Below are positions 59,672 through 64,000 of a DNA stretch of 64,000 nucleotides, piece by piece. Source of the stretch: an uncultured Lentisphaerales bacterium. Lineage in GTDB: Bacteria; Verrucomicrobiota; Lentisphaeria; JABSQK01; UBA12247. The number at the start of each line of letters is the position of its first letter. Position 1 is the first letter of the stretch. The translations under genes were made by a program, and so were the position numbers. The stretch lies in assembly GCA_943788985.1 (NCBI GenBank), contig CALSSJ010000030.1, forward strand, positions 32,001-96,000, written 5' to 3'. The notes below the pieces were generated by a model, which saw only the letters and a program-made list of their open reading frames with translations, had not been told where the DNA came from and did not search any database.

Positions 59672-61396
59672 TCAAGCGTCGTGGGACTTGCCGAAGAAAT
59701 CTTCCATAGAACCGAGGTCGGTTCCTGGCTTGAGATCGGGAGCGCGATTTACCTGTTGACTGGCGGCACGACCAGGCTTCAAGCTCAGGCCCACGCGACG
59801 TTCATTGGTGTCGACCTTGATCACCCGCGCATCAATCTCGGACCCGACTTCCAGGACGTCCTTGATCTTGTCGACTCGATCATCGCTGATCTGCGAGACG
59901 TGAATCAAGCCATCGATGTCGTGCTCAAGCGTGACGAATGCGCCAAAGCTCGTGACCTTGGTCACAGTGCCCTTGACCATCTGGTCGAGCTTAAAGTACT
60001 CTTCGATATTGGACCATGGATCCGTAGTCAACTGCTTGATCCCGAGCGAAATGCGACGCTGATCTGCGTCCACGTTCAACACGATAGCCTCGACCTCCTC
60101 GCCCTTCTTGACCATCTCAGCAGGATTATTGATCTTCCGCGTCCAAGACATATCGGAGACATGAACCATGCCGTCAATCTCTGGCTGGATCTCGACGAAG
60201 GCGCCATACGAAGTCATGTTGCGCACGCGACCGGCTACGCGACTCCCTGGCGGGTACTTGCGAGCAACCACTTCCCACGGATTCTCCATGGTCTGGCGAA
60301 GGCCAAGCGAGATCTTCTTCTGCTGCTTCTGGATCTCCAGAACCACAACTTCAATCTCTTCATTAACCTGCAGGACATCGCTGGCGCGAGTTACGCGACG
60401 CGTCCAAGACATTTCTGAAACGTGAACCAGGCCTTCGATGCCTTCCTCGATCTCCACGAAGGCACCATAGGGCATCACATTGACCACGCGGCCCTTGATC
60501 CGAGTGTTCCGGATCGGGTAGCTGCCCGTCCACGGCTCTCCCACGGGTCTGCGCTCTTCTGCTTGAGCCCCAGTGCTGACGCGCTCCTTCTCGCGGTCCA
60601 CGTCGAGGATCACTGCTCTCCACTTCGTCGCCGATCGTTTAGACCACCTCGGACGGGTGCGCAATCCGGCCCCAGGACATATCCGTGATGTGCAGCAGAG
60701 CCATCCAGGCCCGCTGAGGTCGATGAAGGCGCCAAAGTCGGTGATGTTCTTGACCTCGCCCTTGACGCAACTGCCCGGGCAGGATGTCGGCCATGAATGG
60801 CGGAGCGCTGGCGTGCCTTCTCTTCTTCGAGCAACTCGCGGCGCGACACCACAATGTTCCGGCGCTCGTTGATTCACTCTTCAGAATCTTCAGGCTGCAG
60901 GTCAGTGGCCGACGAGCTCGTCCAGATTGCGAACAGGGCCCAGGTCGACCTGTGATCCGGGAAGGAACGCATCCACACCCACATCCACAATCAAACCGCC
61001 CTTGACGCGATACTTGGCATTGCCCGTAAGCACCGCACCTTCAACGTTCTCTTTAACAAACTTGTCCCAGCGATCCTGCTGGATAGCGCGCTCAATACTC
61101 AGCAGCGGCATGCCGTACTCTTCGTCTTCGAGAGTCACGAGCATTGCCCGTGCCTCCTGACCTACCTCGATCAGAGTAAAGTCTTCATACTCTTCACGTG
61201 GAATGATGCCCTCGGCCTTGTAGCCGAAATCAACGACAACCCCAGAATCACGCTTCTCAACTATCTTGCCCGTAAGGATCTTACCTTCGCCATAGTCAGC
61301 AGACTTATCTTCACCTAGAAGATCGTCCATGCTAGGCAGATCGCTTAGGTCTACAAAAATGGGTGGCTGGTTCGGGGCAATTGCGTGGGTTGACAT
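59672..61396 (-). CDS. rpsA: 30S ribosomal protein S1 (frameshifts near 60500-60905; probably consensus errors)
   Basis: Successive S1 domains (GYKAEG, AFLPGSQVD, ITDFGAFIDL, LHITDMSWGR, YGAFVEIEEGIEGLVHVSEMSW); start at ATG 61396. Confidence 0.93.
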
Positions 61397-61610
61397 GAAG
61401 TTCCTCGGTGAAACAGATACGGACGGAATACACTTGCGCCACATGGCGGAAGCAAAGCTGGGTAACTTGCGAGGGTCCGCCTTGGAGTCAACAACATTCT
61501 GCAGAATGTGCGCTGCCAACCCGCCTGAAGGCACGATTCCCTTGAGCGCAATCCGAGCGTAATTGGAGACCAAGCCGGGCTTCCAGCCGTAGCCCCGCGA
61601 CCGAGGACTA

Positions 61611-64000
61611 CTATTTCGCCTGCTGGCGCAGGAGTTGCTCGCCCAGGTTGAACAGGCCGCCGCGAAGGGCACGATTCTTCTTCTTTTTCTGCTGTTCTTG
61701 CTGTCGCTTCTTCTCCTCTTCGGTCAGCGGGACTGCATCAGCCTTGTCCCTCACAACTGTCGCTGCAGGCGCCTCCGGCGTGGGCTGCGCGCCGCCCCCC
61801 AGCAGGCCGCCTAAAATTCCTTGAATGGCCGCACCGCTGCCCGCCTTCTCCCCGCTAGCCTTATCCTCCGCGCCGCTGTCTGGCATCACAGCGTTGAGCA
61901 ATCCCTTGAGGCCTCCCCCATCGCCCTTGTCACTTCCACCTCCGGTGAATAGATTCAGGATTGCACCATTGGGCACCCAACTAAGGACGCCCTTGCCCAC
62001 CGTCCCCCAGTTCTTGGAGATCGTCAGTGGTGGCGCGTACTCGTAGCCGTCGCCGTTATTGGTCAGGCTAATCTGATTAGCCTTCATATTCCGCGCGAGG
62101 CTATTCTTGGCACCAAGTTCAAGCTTCATCTCAGGCGCCCAAGTGGCCATCGACATCGCTCCGGATAGTCCGAGCAACATACTGTTGCCATGCACAGATA
62201 CGGGCTGCAAATTCAGCTGGCCATCTTTTGTCGACAGCACGGCCTTCCCACCGATAAAATCAAAGTCATCCCACGACAAACCAATCAGAGGCAGCGCTGC
62301 AGCAACCATCGTAGAAGTTCCGCTCCCCGGGCCAATCTTCAACTTGTCGACATCCAACGTCAGATTACTGACCAGCTGGTCACGAATCTCTTCCCAGCCG
62401 CTACCAGCTCCCTTGGCATCCACCTTAAGCGTGTTCAACGAACCAGTTAGGGCCACCGGCAGCTTTGGCGCAAACGTGCTCAGGACAGGAGCCAGATCCA
62501 GCGCATCAAGCGAAACGTTGGCGGCAAACGGCGATGTCTTATCCTTGAGGTTCGCGGCGCCGGTCACGGAAAGTGGTGAGCCATTGAGCTTGGCGTTGCA
62601 TTTCGTGAGCTTCGCCTCTCCATCCTTCACGGAAGCCGCGATATCCAGGCCCGTGATTTGAAGGTCACCATACGTAGCATGCTTCACATCAGCGGTAGCC
62701 TCCACCCAAATATTCGGCAGCTCCGGTGCTGCGTCCTCCACATCCTCGCTTACCTCTTCGTCCTCGGCCTGCTCGTTCGCCTGCCACAACTTCGACAGCG
62801 CCATGGCGTCCACTGGTGTCGGCACAGAAACTTGTAAGGTGGACTTCTTGGCCTGCGTCCCTGCCTCGGCAGGCAAGAAGAGCTGGCCAATCACGTTTAC
62901 ATTGACCGGTTGCAGATCATCGGCACGCACAATCAGCGATAGTTCGGGAGCCAGGCTACCGCCATCAAAAGTCGTGTGGTAAGTTAAGGTAAGCGCAGGC
63001 TTCCCTTTCACCTGCCCCTGGGGAAAGTTCGCCTTGACGCCGCTCACCGCCAGCTTCCCGGAAGTTGAGACACTTAGCTTCTCCAAGTCCTCCACACGAG
63101 CGATCCCCTCTACGCCAATCATGGCGTCGACATCAAGCCCTTCCGGCAGCACGCCGCGCAAAGCAGCCAAACTCTGCACATTCACCCTGTACGCCGGCTC
63201 TAGTGCTTCCTGCAGCTTGAACCCTTGGAGTGAAGCAACAACGTCCGTCCCCTGAACCGTGGCACTGATGTCTTTGCCAAGCGCACAGGCGACCACGTAA
63301 GACGAGACAGTGATGGTTTCCTCACCTAGACTGCCCTCAGCCTTCACCTGGATATCCAGCAATTCCTTCACTTGCCCACTCACAATGCTGCTGACATTCA
63401 AGCCTTTAACGCTAAGCGCCAGCACCGCTTTCTCCCCCACTTTAGCATCCCACAGTCACCATTGGCTCGCCAAGATCCTGCCCAGCAATCCCGCCGGCAA
63501 TCTTGGCAAACTTAGGCTTGGTCGCAGCTTGCAACGTCAGTGTAGATTGCGCGGGGTCCTCGAGATCGATACGGCCCGCTACATTCGCGGTCAGCACCTC
63601 TCCCTTGCCCACACGCAAGGTGCAGCCCCCCTGCTTAACCACTGCCGTCAGCGGCAGCCCCGCAGCCGACCAGTCTGGGATCTCCGCGCGAACGTCCAAC
63701 ATCGAGCCCGACATTGCTGAATACCTCGCCCTGTGCTTTGAGGATGCCCTTCTCGAAGCGGATCCCCGCGTTCACAGCTTCCTTCCCCTTCAATTCGACA
63801 TGCGCATTGAGCATCCCCGCTGCGATCGAAAACGTCTCGTCATTCGGAAGAAACGACTTGGCAAGCGCGATATCAAAGCCAAATAGCGCTGCGCTGAGGG
63901 TGTGCATCGGGTATCCCTGGTGCATTCAGATCCAGACTTAGCGGCTTCTTCAACTCGACCTTCACCAGCGGCATCGCGTCCGCTGCCTGCACTGTCAGCG
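61611..64000 (-). CDS. AsmA-family (beta-taco) protein, 5'-truncated by the window edge, with +1 homopolymer frameshifts
   Basis: Long beta-rich ORF ending GILGGLLGG...GLFNLG. Upstream ORF pieces join if one G is removed near 63450 and one near 63696. Confidence 0.6.

Noticed and set aside
63440..63930. Separate small genes upstream of the AsmA-like ORF
   Set aside because: They join into one frame after removing single extra G bases in short runs.

Overview
GC-rich bacterial chromosome segment, most likely PVC superphylum (Lentisphaerae/Kiritimatiellae/Verrucomicrobia-like). This is an inference from the rpoC-pilB-pilB-pilT order, an H-X9-DG prepilin-like gene and GWNL-type surface-protein tails. 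The right third is core housekeeping on the minus strand: AsmA-like gene, rpsA, tRNA-Thr, tuf, tRNA-Trp, secE, nusG, rplKAJL, rpoBC, two PilB/GspE ATPases and pilT. The middle holds prfB with its programmed +1 frameshift, a DUF4175-like protein, ppx-ppk1-pyrD, a GH20 hexosaminidase and small enzymes. The left holds surface proteins, DUF4301, an AICAR-transformylase-only purH, rlmH followed by IS1634-like debris, DUF368, an FMN-riboswitch-controlled ribBA-ribH-nusB operon and a TMTC-like TPR glycosyltransferase. The most notable observations are: (1) a decayed integron-cassette-like array at about 21.8-23.8 kb, with an attC-like hairpin, a broken SEC-C/TPR gene, two broken toxin-antitoxin pairs and an AT-rich rsuA; (2) a dihydroorotate dehydrogenase with a class-2-like scaffold but a class-1 Cys catalytic motif; (3) a highly divergent PilC/GspF-like pseudogene broken by a 46-bp duplication; (4) a mosaic surface protein with Tyr/His-rich segments. 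Frameshifts in tuf, rpsA, DUF4301 and the AsmA-like gene look like consensus/sequencing errors. No CRISPR array, intact integrase or reverse transcriptase is visible, and I found no clear-cut, intact novel system.
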